DNA of 49,421 nt from Spirochaetaceae bacterium. Lineage in GTDB: Bacteria; Spirochaetota; Spirochaetia; DSM-27196; SKKC01. The notes beneath the pieces were generated by a model. That model was not told where the DNA came from. It did no database searches and was given only the letters and a program-made list of their open reading frames with translations. This document shows, piece after piece, positions 9,270 through 18,227 of this stretch (its first letter is position 1; every line of letters starts with the position of its first letter). Where the stretch lies: contig PWGF01000107.1 of assembly GCA_003554375.1 (NCBI GenBank), positions 1 to 49,421 of the forward strand, read 5' to 3'. The position numbers and the translations under genes are program-made.

Positions 9270-10175
9270 ATGAACACTACGCTGTGGTCGGACAGACAGA
9301 GTGACGCCTGGCGAACTAAGGTCGGGCTCGCGGAGATGCTGAAGGGCGGCGTCATTATGGACGTCGTGAGCCCGGAGCAGGCGAAGATTGCCCAGGACGC
9401 GGGAGCGCAGGCCGTCATGGCGCTCGAGCGCGTGCCGGCGGACATTCGCGCTCACGGCGGCGTCGCCCGCATGAGCGATCCGCGGGTGATCGAAGGCATC
9501 CAAAACGCGGTTACGATTCCGGTCATGGCCAAGTGCCGCATCGGCCATTTCGTCGAAGCGCAGATTCTCCAGAGTCTCGGAGTCGACTTCATCGACGAGA
9601 GCGAAGTGTTGACTCCCGCCGACGATCGATTTCACGTGGAGAAGCGGTCATTCAAGGTGCCGTTCGTGTGCGGGTGCCGGGACCTCGGCGAGGCGCTACG
9701 CCGTATCGGCGAAGGAGCCGCGATGATCCGGACGAAGGGCGAAGCGGGAACCGGTGACGTCGTCGAGGCGGTTCGCCATTTGCGCACGGTGATCGGCGAG
9801 ATGCGGCGTATATCGCTTCTGCCGAAAGAGGAGTTGATGAGCGCTGCCCGCGACCTTGGCGCACCGTACGAGTTGGTTGCGGAAGTGGCCGAGCGCCGCG
9901 CGCTGCCGGTGCCGAACTTCTCCGCCGGCGGAGTCGCAACACCGGCGGACGCAGCGCTCATGATGCAGTTGGGAGCGGAGGCGGTATTCGTAGGAAGCGG
10001 CATCTTCAAGAGTGACAATCCCGAGCGCCGGGCTCAGGCGATCGTTGACGCCGTCGCCCGCTACAACGATCCGGATACGCTGGCGAAGCTCAGCGGTGGC
10101 CTCGGAGCGGCGATGAGCGGCACGAGCTCAGCAGCTCTCGGCGAGCAGGAGCGGCTGGCCGGCCGCGGTTGGTAG
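9270..10175 (+). CDS. pdxS: Pyridoxal 5'-phosphate synthase lyase subunit PdxS
   Basis: [38 protein letters not shown] is near-invariant PdxS sequence across the full length. Confidence 0.97.
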   Translation: MNTTLWSDRQSDAWRTKVGLAEMLKGGVIMDVVSPEQAKIAQDAGAQAVMALERVPADIRAHGGVARMSDPRVIEGIQNAVTIPVMAKCRIGHFVEAQILQSLGVDFIDESEVLTPADDRFHVEKRSFKVPFVCGCRDLGEALRRIGEGAAMIRTKGEAGTGDVVEAVRHLRTVIGEMRRISLLPKEELMSAARDLGAPYELVAEVAERRALPVPNFSAGGVATPADAALMMQLGAEAVFVGSGIFKSDNPERRAQAIVDAVARYNDPDTLAKLSGGLGAAMSGTSSAALGEQERLAGRGW

Positions 10176-10178
10176 GCG

Positions 10179-10778
10179 ATGCGCGTCGGAGTCCTCGCTT
10201 TCCAGGGCGATTTCGCCAAGCACATCGATGCCGTTGCGGGACATGGCGTGGACGCGGTTCCGGTACGGACACCGGAAGAGGCAGGGCGCTCGGATGCGAT
10301 GATCATCCCCGGCGGCGAAAGCACCACCATCGGCATGCTCTGCGATCGATTCGGGCTGCTCGACGTCATCCGCAACCGCATCACCGATGGAATGCCGGTA
10401 TTCGGGACGTGCGCCGGAGCAATCTTGCTGGCGCGCGACATTGTCGGAAGTAACCAGCCGCGAATCGGGGTGCTGGATATCAGTATCCGGCGAAACGCGT
10501 ACGGCAGGCAGCGCGAAAGCTTCGAAGCGGATATCGACTTGAGCTCCGGTGGAACGTTCCGCGGCGTGTTCATCCGTGCGCCGGAAGTCGAACGCGTAGG
10601 TGGAGAGGTCGCTATCCTGGGTGCTCTTGGCGACACTCCTGTCCTTGTAGCCTGTGATGGGATATGGGCGGCGACGTTTCACCCGGAATTGACCGCCGAC
10701 GGCGGGATCCATGCCCGGTTCCTGGAACAGGCGAGGCAGCGGCTTCCCGGGCGTCACTGCTCTCGCTTGACAGAGTGA
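10179..10778 (+). CDS. pdxT: Pyridoxal 5'-phosphate synthase glutaminase subunit PdxT
   Basis: MRVGVLAFQGDF..., GTCAG catalytic Cys motif, FHPEL, and position immediately after pdxS. Confidence 0.95.
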   Translation: MRVGVLAFQGDFAKHIDAVAGHGVDAVPVRTPEEAGRSDAMIIPGGESTTIGMLCDRFGLLDVIRNRITDGMPVFGTCAGAILLARDIVGSNQPRIGVLDISIRRNAYGRQRESFEADIDLSSGGTFRGVFIRAPEVERVGGEVAILGALGDTPVLVACDGIWAATFHPELTADGGIHARFLEQARQRLPGRHCSRLTE

Positions 10779-10900
10779 ACGGGGCCGACGTTTCGCTCCA
10801 CTCGTCCTGGCCTCTCCTCGTACCCTTAATCCCCGGCCCGGGCCCTAAGCGCTCATCCGCCACGCTCATCCGGAGGAGCCTAGACGCTTATCCGGCGTGC

Positions 10901-12040
10901 TCATCCAGTGCCGGCCGATACGCGCCGGCGCGCCGCCGCCAGAACGCGGTCGGCTGCTTCGTCGATCTCCTCGGGCGTGGTGTGCTTTCCGGTAGAGAAG
11001 CGGATGGTGCCGCGAGCGCGGTCGTCGGGGACAGCGAGCGCTCGGAGGACCGGCGAGGCGGAGACCTCGTCAGCGTGACATGCGGAGCCCGCTGACGCGG
11101 CGACGGAGTCCGCCAGGTCGGCGAGGAGCTCCTGCGCGGTGACGCCGGCCAGGCTTACGTTGAGCGTGTTGGGAAGGCGCGCCTCGGGGTTGCCGTTGGG
11201 ATGGATCTCCCAGCCGGCGCCGAGACGCTCTGCAAGGCGATCGCGCGCGGCGCGCATTTCGCGTCTGTTCCGGTCCAGATCACGGCCGGCTACGCGGGCC
11301 GCGGTGCCGAGGCCCGCGATCTCGATGACGTTCTCCGTCCCCGGCCGCACGCCGCCTTCCTGCCCGCCTCCGTAGATGAGCGGGCTTGGTTTGACGCCCC
11401 GGCGCAGGTAGAGGGCGCCGATTCCCTTCGGCGCATAGAGCTTGTGGCCGGCTACGGAGAGCATATCCACTCCCAGCGCGTCCACGTCGACGGGGATCTT
11501 CCCGAGCGACTGCGCTGCATCGGTATGAACCCGGATGCCGTACTGCCGGGCAAGGCGTGAGATCTCAGCGATGGGCTGAAGGGTGCCGATCTCGTTGTTG
11601 GCGTGCATCACCGTAATGAGGATCGTCTTCCGGTCGAGGGCCCGTTCCAGCTCGTCGAGGCGTATGATGCCGTGCTCGTCGACCGCGACCCGCGTCACGC
11701 GAAAGCCTTCGGCTTCCAAGGCGTCGCACGTGGCGGCAACCGAGGGGTGCTCGATTGCCGAGGTGACGATGTGGTCCCCGCGCGACGCAAGCTCCCGGGC
11801 GGTGCCCAGGATCGCGTGGTTGTTGGATTCGGTCCCCCCGCTCGTGAAGACGATCTCCTCGGAATTCGCGCCGATAAGCGCCGCAACCTCTTGACGTGCG
11901 GCGGCGACCGCCTCCCGAGGCCGGCGGCCGAAAGCATGGGAGCTCGAGGGGTTGCCGAACTCCGTTTCCATATACGGCCACATGGCCTCACGCACCTCGG
12001 GATCGAGGGGCGTCGTCGCGTTATAGTCGAGGTAGATCAT
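10901..12040 (-). CDS. Cysteine desulfurase (NifS/IscS class V aminotransferase)
   Basis: MIYLDYNATTPLDPEV, SGGTESNN, SVAGHKLYAPKGIG (PLP Lys) and SAGSACH (active-site Cys). The ATG at 12040 is preceded by AAGGAGG. Confidence 0.9.
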   Translation of the reverse strand: MIYLDYNATTPLDPEVREAMWPYMETEFGNPSSSHAFGRRPREAVAAARQEVAALIGANSEEIVFTSGGTESNNHAILGTARELASRGDHIVTSAIEHPSVAATCDALEAEGFRVTRVAVDEHGIIRLDELERALDRKTILITVMHANNEIGTLQPIAEISRLARQYGIRVHTDAAQSLGKIPVDVDALGVDMLSVAGHKLYAPKGIGALYLRRGVKPSPLIYGGGQEGGVRPGTENVIEIAGLGTAARVAGRDLDRNRREMRAARDRLAERLGAGWEIHPNGNPEARLPNTLNVSLAGVTAQELLADLADSVAASAGSACHADEVSASPVLRALAVPDDRARGTIRFSTGKHTTPEEIDEAADRVLAAARRRVSAGTG

Positions 12041-12201
12041 GGAGCCTCCTTTGTCTCGGTCCATTCGGGCTGGGTGGGCTCCGGGTCTGCTGTCCGCGGG
12101 TCTGCTGCCCGCGGAGGCGCGTGCCGGAGGCCGCGGTGCGCGACCGCGAATGGCCGGTCCGGGCCGGCGCCATCGTCGGTGGCATCCTTCCTATCTATAA
12201 T

Positions 12202-12552
12202 CTAGAAGACGAGAACCTTGTCCGCCCACTGCGTCCAGTGGGTCATCTCATCGAGCGTGCTGCGCCGCGTTCCCTCGGCGAGCTCTTCGTCGGCGATACC
12301 GCGTGCGTCCATGCAGGTCCCGCACACGCCGATTTCGGCTCCCTTTTGGGCGGCGGCTTGGAGCATTCGCTCTACATTGTAGAATCCCTTGGGCGTGTTC
12401 TGTGCCTTCTTGGCACACGAGGCGGCGTCTCCTACGAGAAAGAGCTTCACCTGCTCGTCTTCGCGTTTGGCTAGATTCGCGGCGAGGCGAAGCGCGTTGT
12501 AGGCGCGCTCGGTTCCGTATGGGGGGTCGTTGAGTATGAAGTATGTCTTCAT
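12202..12552 (-). CDS. DsrE/DsrF-like sulfur-relay family protein
   Basis: MKTYFILNDPPYGTERAYNALRLA...VCGTCMDARG is the DsrE/YchN fold pattern. Strong SD (AAGGAGGA). Confidence 0.85.
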   Translation of the reverse strand: MKTYFILNDPPYGTERAYNALRLAANLAKREDEQVKLFLVGDAASCAKKAQNTPKGFYNVERMLQAAAQKGAEIGVCGTCMDARGIADEELAEGTRRSTLDEMTHWTQWADKVLVF

Positions 12553-12671
12553 CGCTTCCTCCTTGCTCGCTTTCCCGTGATAGTCACACGGTGCGTTGGG
12601 CGGGTTCTATCCCGCTTGCTTCGTTCGGTCTGTGGGGCTGCAGTCGGCTCTCCTGTTCCGGCACTGGTCCG

Positions 12672-13868
12672 TCACTGGGTGGCGCCGGCTCCGCCGAACC
12701 AGCGTTCCACCCGTTCGGCAATGAACTCCTTCTTCTCGGCGCGGAGCGCTTGGGAAGGCCCTTCGAGTCGAACCTGCGGAGTGGGGCCGCCGAAGAAGCT
12801 TGCTCTGAGCGCCGCCACCTCTCCGGAGGGGAGTTGGAAATAGCACGCCCCTTCCCCGCGGAACTCGGCTGTGGCTTCTTGCCCCTGGATGCGAGCTGCG
12901 ATGTGCTCGGAGGCCACGCGGGCACTTTCCTCGGCGAATACGCCGGCTTTGGGTACGGTAACATTGCCGTCCCCGATTGCCGCGCAGTCGCCGGCGGCAA
13001 ATACGTTGTCGAAGGAAGTGGCGAGGGTGTGCCGATCGACCTCGGCCCACGCACCGTTGCCCAAGGGCGAGTCGCGGACTACTTGGGGAGGTCGATGGAG
13101 GGGAACGCCCGCAAAGAGATCGGCCTCCATTTGCGACCCGTCGGCAAACTCGACGACCGTTCGACTGTCTCCGGCATCATTCGCTGGGGTTTGAGCCGGC
13201 CGGAGCCCGGCGATCTGCCGATCCGTTTGGATCTCGATGTTCCGCTTCGAAAGCTGGTTTTGGACGAGCTCGGAGGTCTCCGGCGAGAAGGGGAGGGGGG
13301 CTGAGCCTGGTACAGTAACCACGATGTCGATCTGATCCCGGGTTCCGAGCTCCCGGAGCACGCTGTCGATAGCCACGACGCCTTCGAACGGTGCCGGCGG
13401 GCACCGGTAGGGCGCTCCGAAAATCGAAAGCACAAGCGTACCGGACTCGAGCGTCCGGAGCTTGTCGTGGAGACGTCCGGCTGCCTCCGGGTTGTAGAAG
13501 TGGTGCCCGCGCTCGGCAAAGCCGGGCGTGGCCTCCGGGGCCAGCTCCGCACCGAGTCCGACGAGCAGATAGTCATAGCTCCACGTAGCCCGCTCCGTCC
13601 GAACCCGGGAGCTGTGGGGATCGATCTCCAAGATCGCGTCCTGCACCACATGAACGCCGCGCTCGCGAAGGGGGCGGTACGAGTGTCTCACGCCGGCGGG
13701 AGTCTCTTGTCCCGCGAGAACGTCGATGTTGCGGGAACCGATCACAAACGAATCCGAGCGATCGATAAGCGTAACCTCGGCAGACTCCGGGAGCGCCTCT
13801 CGAAGTCTGACCGCAGCCTCCAATCCGCCGAATCCACCACCGAGAATCAGTATTCTATTGGTATCCAT
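12672..13868 (-). CDS. FAD-dependent sulfide:quinone oxidoreductase-like flavoprotein
   Basis: RILILGGGFGGLEAA dinucleotide-binding motif, YRCPPAPFEG Cys motif and AAGDCAA. The internal ATG at 13868 has GGAGGC 10 nt upstream. The upstream part of the 482-aa ORF is not protein-like. Confidence 0.8.
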   Translation of the reverse strand: MDTNRILILGGGFGGLEAAVRLREALPESAEVTLIDRSDSFVIGSRNIDVLAGQETPAGVRHSYRPLRERGVHVVQDAILEIDPHSSRVRTERATWSYDYLLVGLGAELAPEATPGFAERGHHFYNPEAAGRLHDKLRTLESGTLVLSIFGAPYRCPPAPFEGVVAIDSVLRELGTRDQIDIVVTVPGSAPLPFSPETSELVQNQLSKRNIEIQTDRQIAGLRPAQTPANDAGDSRTVVEFADGSQMEADLFAGVPLHRPPQVVRDSPLGNGAWAEVDRHTLATSFDNVFAAGDCAAIGDGNVTVPKAGVFAEESARVASEHIAARIQGQEATAEFRGEGACYFQLPSGEVAALRASFFGGPTPQVRLEGPSQALRAEKKEFIAERVERWFGGAGATQ

Positions 13869-13928
13869 CGTACTGCGTGCCTCCTGTCTGGTCAGGTACG
13901 GGATGTACCCGCATACCTGACAGTAGGA

Positions 13929-13957
13929 AGCATAATATTCTGATATTGCAATGTCAA
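13929..13957 (-). promoter_or_regulatory. Candidate sigma70-type promoter of the sqr-dsrE-nifS unit
   Basis: On the minus strand, TTGACA (13957-13952), a 17-nt spacer and TATGCT (13934-13929) sit in an AT-rich patch. It is followed by inverted repeat GTCAGGTA-N15-TACCTGAC (13891-13921). Confidence 0.45.
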
Positions 13958-14346
13958 TGGGAAGATCGAATGGATGTGAGCGAGTTTTATGGCGGTACCG
14001 GGGGGCGGTTGCACACGGCAACCAGGGTTTCGCGGGAGCCCCCTGTGCATCCGACGCGTTGCAGGTCCTCAACATGCGGCAGCGGGCACCAATGCCGAGC
14101 CCGAGACCTTGGTCCCTCATGCCGTTGCGTTGCCACAGCCAGGAAGTCCTAGCCTACACACACTGACCTCCTGGCTAATGACGATCGGATTGCTGAGATT
14201 CTCGGCGCGAGCGACGCCGTGCTGCTTTCATCGATCGTGCCCGGGGGGTTGTACGATGGTTTCCTCGGTGGCAGTCGCAACGCGGACAATCGGAGGATAC
14301 CTTCACGATTTCGCGAGAAATCCCGAACCGTAGTCGTGCCGCACCG

Positions 14347-14613
14347 TTAAGCAACCGTCATCAACCGATGGCGTTTGAGTGTCTCGATGATTTTCCTGGT
14401 CTCGTCTCCGGAGAGGGGTGTGCGCCGTCGCACTTTCCTTTGAAGGGTTTGAACGTTCATTCCCGATTCACGAGCAATTGCGGATAGGTTCAAGATTGTG
14501 GCAAGATCGGCCGGCCGATCGACCGTCAACACGATGTCGGTATCAAAGAAGCCGATGACTCGCTCCCCAGCGTCGAATCGATCTTCGAGGTTATCCTTGT
14601 TCGTTTCGCTCAT
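14347..14613 (-). CDS. Hypothetical small protein with antitoxin-like N-terminus and HTH-like C-terminus
   Basis: 88 aa from the internal ATG. The DRFDAGERVIGFFD motif resembles BrnA/CopG-type antitoxins. The C-terminal segment NLSAIARESGMNVQTLQRKV looks like an HTH. Confidence 0.45.
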   Translation of the reverse strand: MSETNKDNLEDRFDAGERVIGFFDTDIVLTVDRPADLATILNLSAIARESGMNVQTLQRKVRRRTPLSGDETRKIIETLKRHRLMTVA

Positions 14614-14700
14614 ACAACGCCTTCTCCTCCGCACGTGAGCGCCGCACAGTGATGAGTCGAACGGTTCTCGACCGCCTTCGAGGCCGCGCACCGAACGAGG

Positions 14701-15066
14701 TCACGCTTGAACGCGCTCGAAAAGCACCACCCCGGTTTCCCGGATTCGCCGCTGCACATGCCGCGGTAGCAGATGGAGGCACACTATATCCACGTGCCGG
14801 TCGATGCCCTCAGCACGCTCCATGGCACGATGGACGTCTCCGCCCTCAATCGCTAGGTCAATGTCGAAATTGGGACGGCGCGGAGTATCCTCGAGCAAAG
14901 AACCGAAGAGGTATACGCGCGAAACGTTCGGATCGTCCTCCCCAATCCGTCGGGCAAGGTAATGCGCATCCCGCCGGGCGGCATGGGCGTGGTCGCGTGT
15001 TCGCTTCAGCTCGCGCTGATTCAGTCTGCGTATGCCTTCGGCATACGGTTCGGGATCAAAGGGCAT
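14701..15066 (-). CDS. Nucleotidyltransferase-domain protein (MNT-type antitoxin candidate)
   Basis: VYLFGSLLEDTPRRPNFDIDLAIEG is a GS-X-DxD motif. It overlaps the upstream HEPN-like gene by 11 nt. Confidence 0.8.
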   Translation of the reverse strand: MPFDPEPYAEGIRRLNQRELKRTRDHAHAARRDAHYLARRIGEDDPNVSRVYLFGSLLEDTPRRPNFDIDLAIEGGDVHRAMERAEGIDRHVDIVCLHLLPRHVQRRIRETGVVLFERVQA

Positions 15067-15547
15067 CTGCAATGCTCCGGAGCTTGCCTGTGAACTCTTC
15101 GTGGATTCTCGGGAACTCACCAAGAAAGTAGATGACGTGCGCCTGCACTCGGCGGGTCTTCTCCGGATCGAGGTCTTCTCCGTATAGATGGCGGAACTTA
15201 TGCCGGAACGCACGCATTTCCCGCACGCTTCGGTAGTGCTCCGGATCGGTGATCACGGCGGGACGAACTCCGGGAATCTCGAGCCTCATCTTCTCTACAA
15301 GCGACTGATGCCATCGATCAGGGGGCAGGCTGTTTTCGAAGTACTTTGATACACGCAGGAAGTAGTTTTCCAGTACTCCGTATAATGAATGGATGGTGAA
15401 ACCAAGGGCACCCCAGTCGACGGGATCGTCGGCGCCGGCTTCAATGCGTTCCCACGCGGTACGGTTACGCTCTTTGAGTCGTTCAATTTGGGCTGCGTCG
15501 CCCTTGAGTTCCTCGATGAGCGCAAGGAGTGACTCGTACGTGCGCAT
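15056..15547 (-). CDS. HEPN-like (HepT-type) toxin candidate
   Basis: Only the last 163 codons of the 670-aa ORF are protein-like (MRTYESLLALIEEL...). They contain an RX4H-type motif, MRAFRHKFRHLYGE. The MNT partner lies downstream. Confidence 0.7.
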   Translation of the reverse strand: MRTYESLLALIEELKGDAAQIERLKERNRTAWERIEAGADDPVDWGALGFTIHSLYGVLENYFLRVSKYFENSLPPDRWHQSLVEKMRLEIPGVRPAVITDPEHYRSVREMRAFRHKFRHLYGEDLDPEKTRRVQAHVIYFLGEFPRIHEEFTGKLRSIADAL

Positions 15548-15593
15548 TGCACGGGTAAGTCTACCGCTGTTCTCGCGACGAGGCAAGAATACC

Positions 15594-15622
15594 TTGACGC
15601 ATGGCATAAACTTAGCTAAACT
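15594..15622 (+). promoter_or_regulatory. Candidate promoter of phd-vapC with embedded palindrome
   Basis: TTGACG (15594-15599), 17 nt, TAAACT (15617-15622). The ATG at 15630 is only 7 nt after the -10 box and has no SD. Palindrome CTTAG-CTAAA-CTAAG/TTAGCTAA lies at 15611-15625. Confidence 0.5.
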
Positions 15623-15629
15623 AAGTCCA

Positions 15630-15869
15630 ATGAAAACGGTGAACACGCACGAAGCCAAAAGCCGGCTGTCACGGCTTCTGACCGAAGTGGAGCGCGGCGA
15701 GGAGATCGTTGTTGCGCGCGCAGGTCGTCCGGTCGCCAAGCTGGTGCCGTATCGGGAGGAAGGCCCGAAACCGAAGCCCGGCGCCTGGCGCGGGAAGGTG
15801 GTCATCCACGACGACTTCGACGAGGAGGACGAGCAGGTGACTGCGGCGTTTGAGGGACGTGCACCATGA
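15630..15869 (+). CDS. phd: Phd/YefM-family antitoxin
   Basis: MKTVNTHEAKSRLSRLLTEVERGEEIVVARAGRPVAKLVP is the canonical Phd/YefM N-terminus. ATGA overlap with the PIN gene. Confidence 0.85.
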   Translation: MKTVNTHEAKSRLSRLLTEVERGEEIVVARAGRPVAKLVPYREEGPKPKPGAWRGKVVIHDDFDEEDEQVTAAFEGRAP

Positions 15870-16246
15870 GCTATTTGGCGGATACGCATGTCTTTCTCTG
15901 GTGGATGGTTCAGCCGGAACGGCTGTCTCCGGCAGTCACGAACGTACTCAGCCGGCCGGCCGGCACCGTATTCCTCAGCGCTGTCTCGGGCTGGGAGATA
16001 GCGGTAAAGGTGTCGCTCGGGAAGCTCGAAGCCGTTCCTATGGAATCGTTGCGAGAGGAAGTCGCCGCACAGGGGTGGAGCGAGTTGCCGTTCACGTTGC
16101 GTTATCTTCCGACCTTGTCCGCCTTGCCTTTTCACCACCACGACCCTTTCGACCGGGCCCTCGTGGCGCAGGCGCACGATGAAGGTCTGACTCTCCTGAC
16201 TCGGGATCATAAGATTGCCCGCTACGAGGTCCCCACGCTGTGGTAG
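15866..16246 (+). CDS. vapC: PIN-domain ribonuclease toxin VapC
   Basis: MSYLADTHVFLWW..., SAVSGWEIAVKVSLGKL and HHHDPFDRALVAQA are the PIN acidic residues and motifs. Confidence 0.9.
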   Translation: MSYLADTHVFLWWMVQPERLSPAVTNVLSRPAGTVFLSAVSGWEIAVKVSLGKLEAVPMESLREEVAAQGWSELPFTLRYLPTLSALPFHHHDPFDRALVAQAHDEGLTLLTRDHKIARYEVPTLW

Positions 16247-16741
16247 AGGGCCTTTCCGCAGCAATTCAGTGCGGCATGGTTCTCCAATCTGCGGGGGTAC
16301 GATAGAGTCTACTCCGGGTGCCCCGGGCGGTTGTTCGGTGGGTGTATCGATGTGCTCGAGATGATGAAGGCCACCGACTTCTGGCCCGAGCGAACGTTCT
16401 GGGACAGGAGGGTCCTTTTCTTCGAGACGTCCGATGAGATTCCGCCGGTGGATCTCGTACGATTCATGCTGCGAAACTACGGGATGCAAGACATCTTCCA
16501 GAGGATATCGGCGCTCCTCTTCGGCCGTGCCCGCGGCTATAGCGACGAGGCGAAGCGCCGCCTGGATCAGGTAACCACGGACGTGGTAGCGGGCGAGTTT
16601 GGTTGTAGCACGCTTCCGATCGTGACGAACATGGACTGCGGCCACACTGATCCGCAGACCATATTGCCGCTCGGCGTAATGACGGAAGTTGATCCGCAGG
16701 CGCGGCAAATCAGGCTGGTCGAACCGGTTTTCCGGGAGTAA
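16247..16741 (+). pseudogene. C-terminal fragment of an S66 LD-carboxypeptidase (MccF-like)
   Basis: GRLFGGCIDVLEMMKATDFWPE...VLFFETSDE...TNMDCGHTDPQTILPLG matches only the C-terminal domain of the S66 family. The frame is open right back to the vapC stop (16244-16246), and no N-terminal catalytic Ser domain is present. Confidence 0.7.
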
Positions 16742-17225
16742 CCAACGTGCGAACCGGAAGGTGTATAAGCGGGAAACCACAGCTGGACGGAAAGACGCCC
16801 AGACGGGGGAAGTCGCGGATACACAAGAAGGCGTCGCTCGGGAGAGAAGCGGTGGCTCCGGGATAGCCGTCGGCGTCAGCCCCCGCCTGCGAGAGCAGCC
16901 TAGCGTTCGCCATCTCGTCTCGGGCCCCAAAGCAAGCGCGTACGAAACGAGCCCGACGATCGCAAAGGCTGTTTTCGAGGCCATCTTCCTCCGCACGCTG
17001 TATGCAACGCATCGAGATTCCAATTGACATCGAAGTGTCGGAATAATATCGTTGTACGTGGCGTGCACGGATGGTCACATGTCCGGCGTGCCGTCGTAGG
17101 GCCGGCCGTGGCTTGGCTTGGCTTGGCTTCGCGTAGGGCGGTGGGGGACGCTGCCGCAGGGCGTGGCGTGGCTGAGCGTGTTCCCCTAGGGGCACCGGGA
17201 CCGGCAAACCGAAGGAGTAACGAGT

Positions 17226-17909
17226 ATGAGTGACGAGCAGGGGACGGGGTTTAAAGAGACGGTATACCGTGAGGTGGGTTCGGTCATGGGAGCGCTTGCG
17301 GAGCCGTCGCGACTCGAGTTGCTCGAGCTTCTGGCGCAGTGCGAGCGGAGCGTGGAGGATGTGGCGCGTACGCTCGGGGCGAAGATCAACACCGTGTCGC
17401 ACCACCTCCATGTGCTCTTGGATCGGAAGCTCGTGCGGAGTCGCAAGGAGGGGCGCCGCGTCTATTACAGCGCGACCACTTTCGGCGTACGGCTGTGGAG
17501 CGCTGTAGTGGAGCTCGCTGCGAGCGAGCTCTCGGAGGTGAAAGTTGCGATGCAGGAGCTCTTGGAATCCGGGGACCGGGTGGAGCCGGTCGATTATCCG
17601 AAACTTCTCGAACGATTGGCCGATAACGAGGTCGTTTTGGTGGATGTGCGCCCGCGCGAGGAGTACGAGGCGGGGCACGTGCCGGGGGCGGTTTCGCTTC
17701 CGATTGAGGAGCTGCGTGAGCAGCTCGACTCGCTTCCGAAGGACAAGGAGGTGGTCGCTTACTGCCGCGGCCGGTACTGTGCGCTCTCGTACGAGGCGGT
17801 CCGGTGGCTGCAAGAGCGCGGCTTCTCAGCATGGCGCGTGGCCGAGGGTGTCGCGGAGTGGAAGGCTTCGGGCTACGAGCTCGAGCCGGAAGCGAGCGTT
17901 CGGTCGTGA
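17226..17909 (+). CDS. ArsR-family HTH regulator fused to a rhodanese domain
   Basis: N-terminal ArsR wHTH (EPSRLELLELLAQCERSVEDVARTLGAKINTVSHHLHVL). C-terminal rhodanese (VVLVDVRPREEYEAGHVPGAVSLP...VVAYCRGRYC). SD GAAGGAG upstream. Confidence 0.9.
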   Translation: MSDEQGTGFKETVYREVGSVMGALAEPSRLELLELLAQCERSVEDVARTLGAKINTVSHHLHVLLDRKLVRSRKEGRRVYYSATTFGVRLWSAVVELAASELSEVKVAMQELLESGDRVEPVDYPKLLERLADNEVVLVDVRPREEYEAGHVPGAVSLPIEELREQLDSLPKDKEVVAYCRGRYCALSYEAVRWLQERGFSAWRVAEGVAEWKASGYELEPEASVRS

Positions 17910-17951
17910 ACGGCAATTGTACGTAGCCGGCGACCGCGAAGGAGGCGCAAG

Positions 17952-18227
17952 GTGAGCTCCGAGGAGACCGATCGAGAGATTCTGACGTCTCTAGATAACG
18001 AGTGGCATACGCTCAAGTGCTGGAACCCGGTGCCGGGCTGGTTCCCGCAGACCGGTGCGGAGACGGTGCGCGTGCGCGGGGTATCGATGGAGGAGCACGG
18101 CGGGACGACGATTACCCGCTACGAGGTCGTGGTGCTCGACGAAGGCCGGGTTGTCGGGCGCTATCGCGTCGAGGCCCAGGAAGAGCTTGCAGGGTACGAG
18201 TACCGCTTCGACGACGAGGGGGAGTGA
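17952..18227 (+). CDS. Hypothetical small protein (91 aa)
   Basis: GTG start preceded by AAGGAGG at a 6-nt spacing. The composition is protein-like, but no family is recognised. Confidence 0.5.
   Translation: MSSEETDREILTSLDNEWHTLKCWNPVPGWFPQTGAETVRVRGVSMEEHGGTTITRYEVVVLDEGRVVGRYRVEAQEELAGYEYRFDDEGE

Noticed and set aside
14153-14346. Start-less 66-codon plus-strand frame (…DDRIAEILGASDAVLLSSIVPGGLYDGFLGG…) that looks faintly protein-like
   Set aside because: It has no start codon, no recognisable family and no flanking context. It might be a gene relic, but that cannot be supported from sequence alone.
15548-17068. Upstream 500+ codons of the 670-aa minus-strand ORF 15056..17068
   Set aside because: Only the last 163 codons are protein-like (the HEPN-like gene). 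The rest is Arg/Pro/Ser-rich and lies antisense to phd, vapC and the S66 fragment, which have clear family matches. It is a typical high-GC open-frame artefact.
17107-17131. GCTTG pentanucleotide reiteration (about 3 copies) upstream of the ArsR-rhodanese gene
   Set aside because: It is too short and imperfect to distinguish from chance in GC-rich intergenic DNA.
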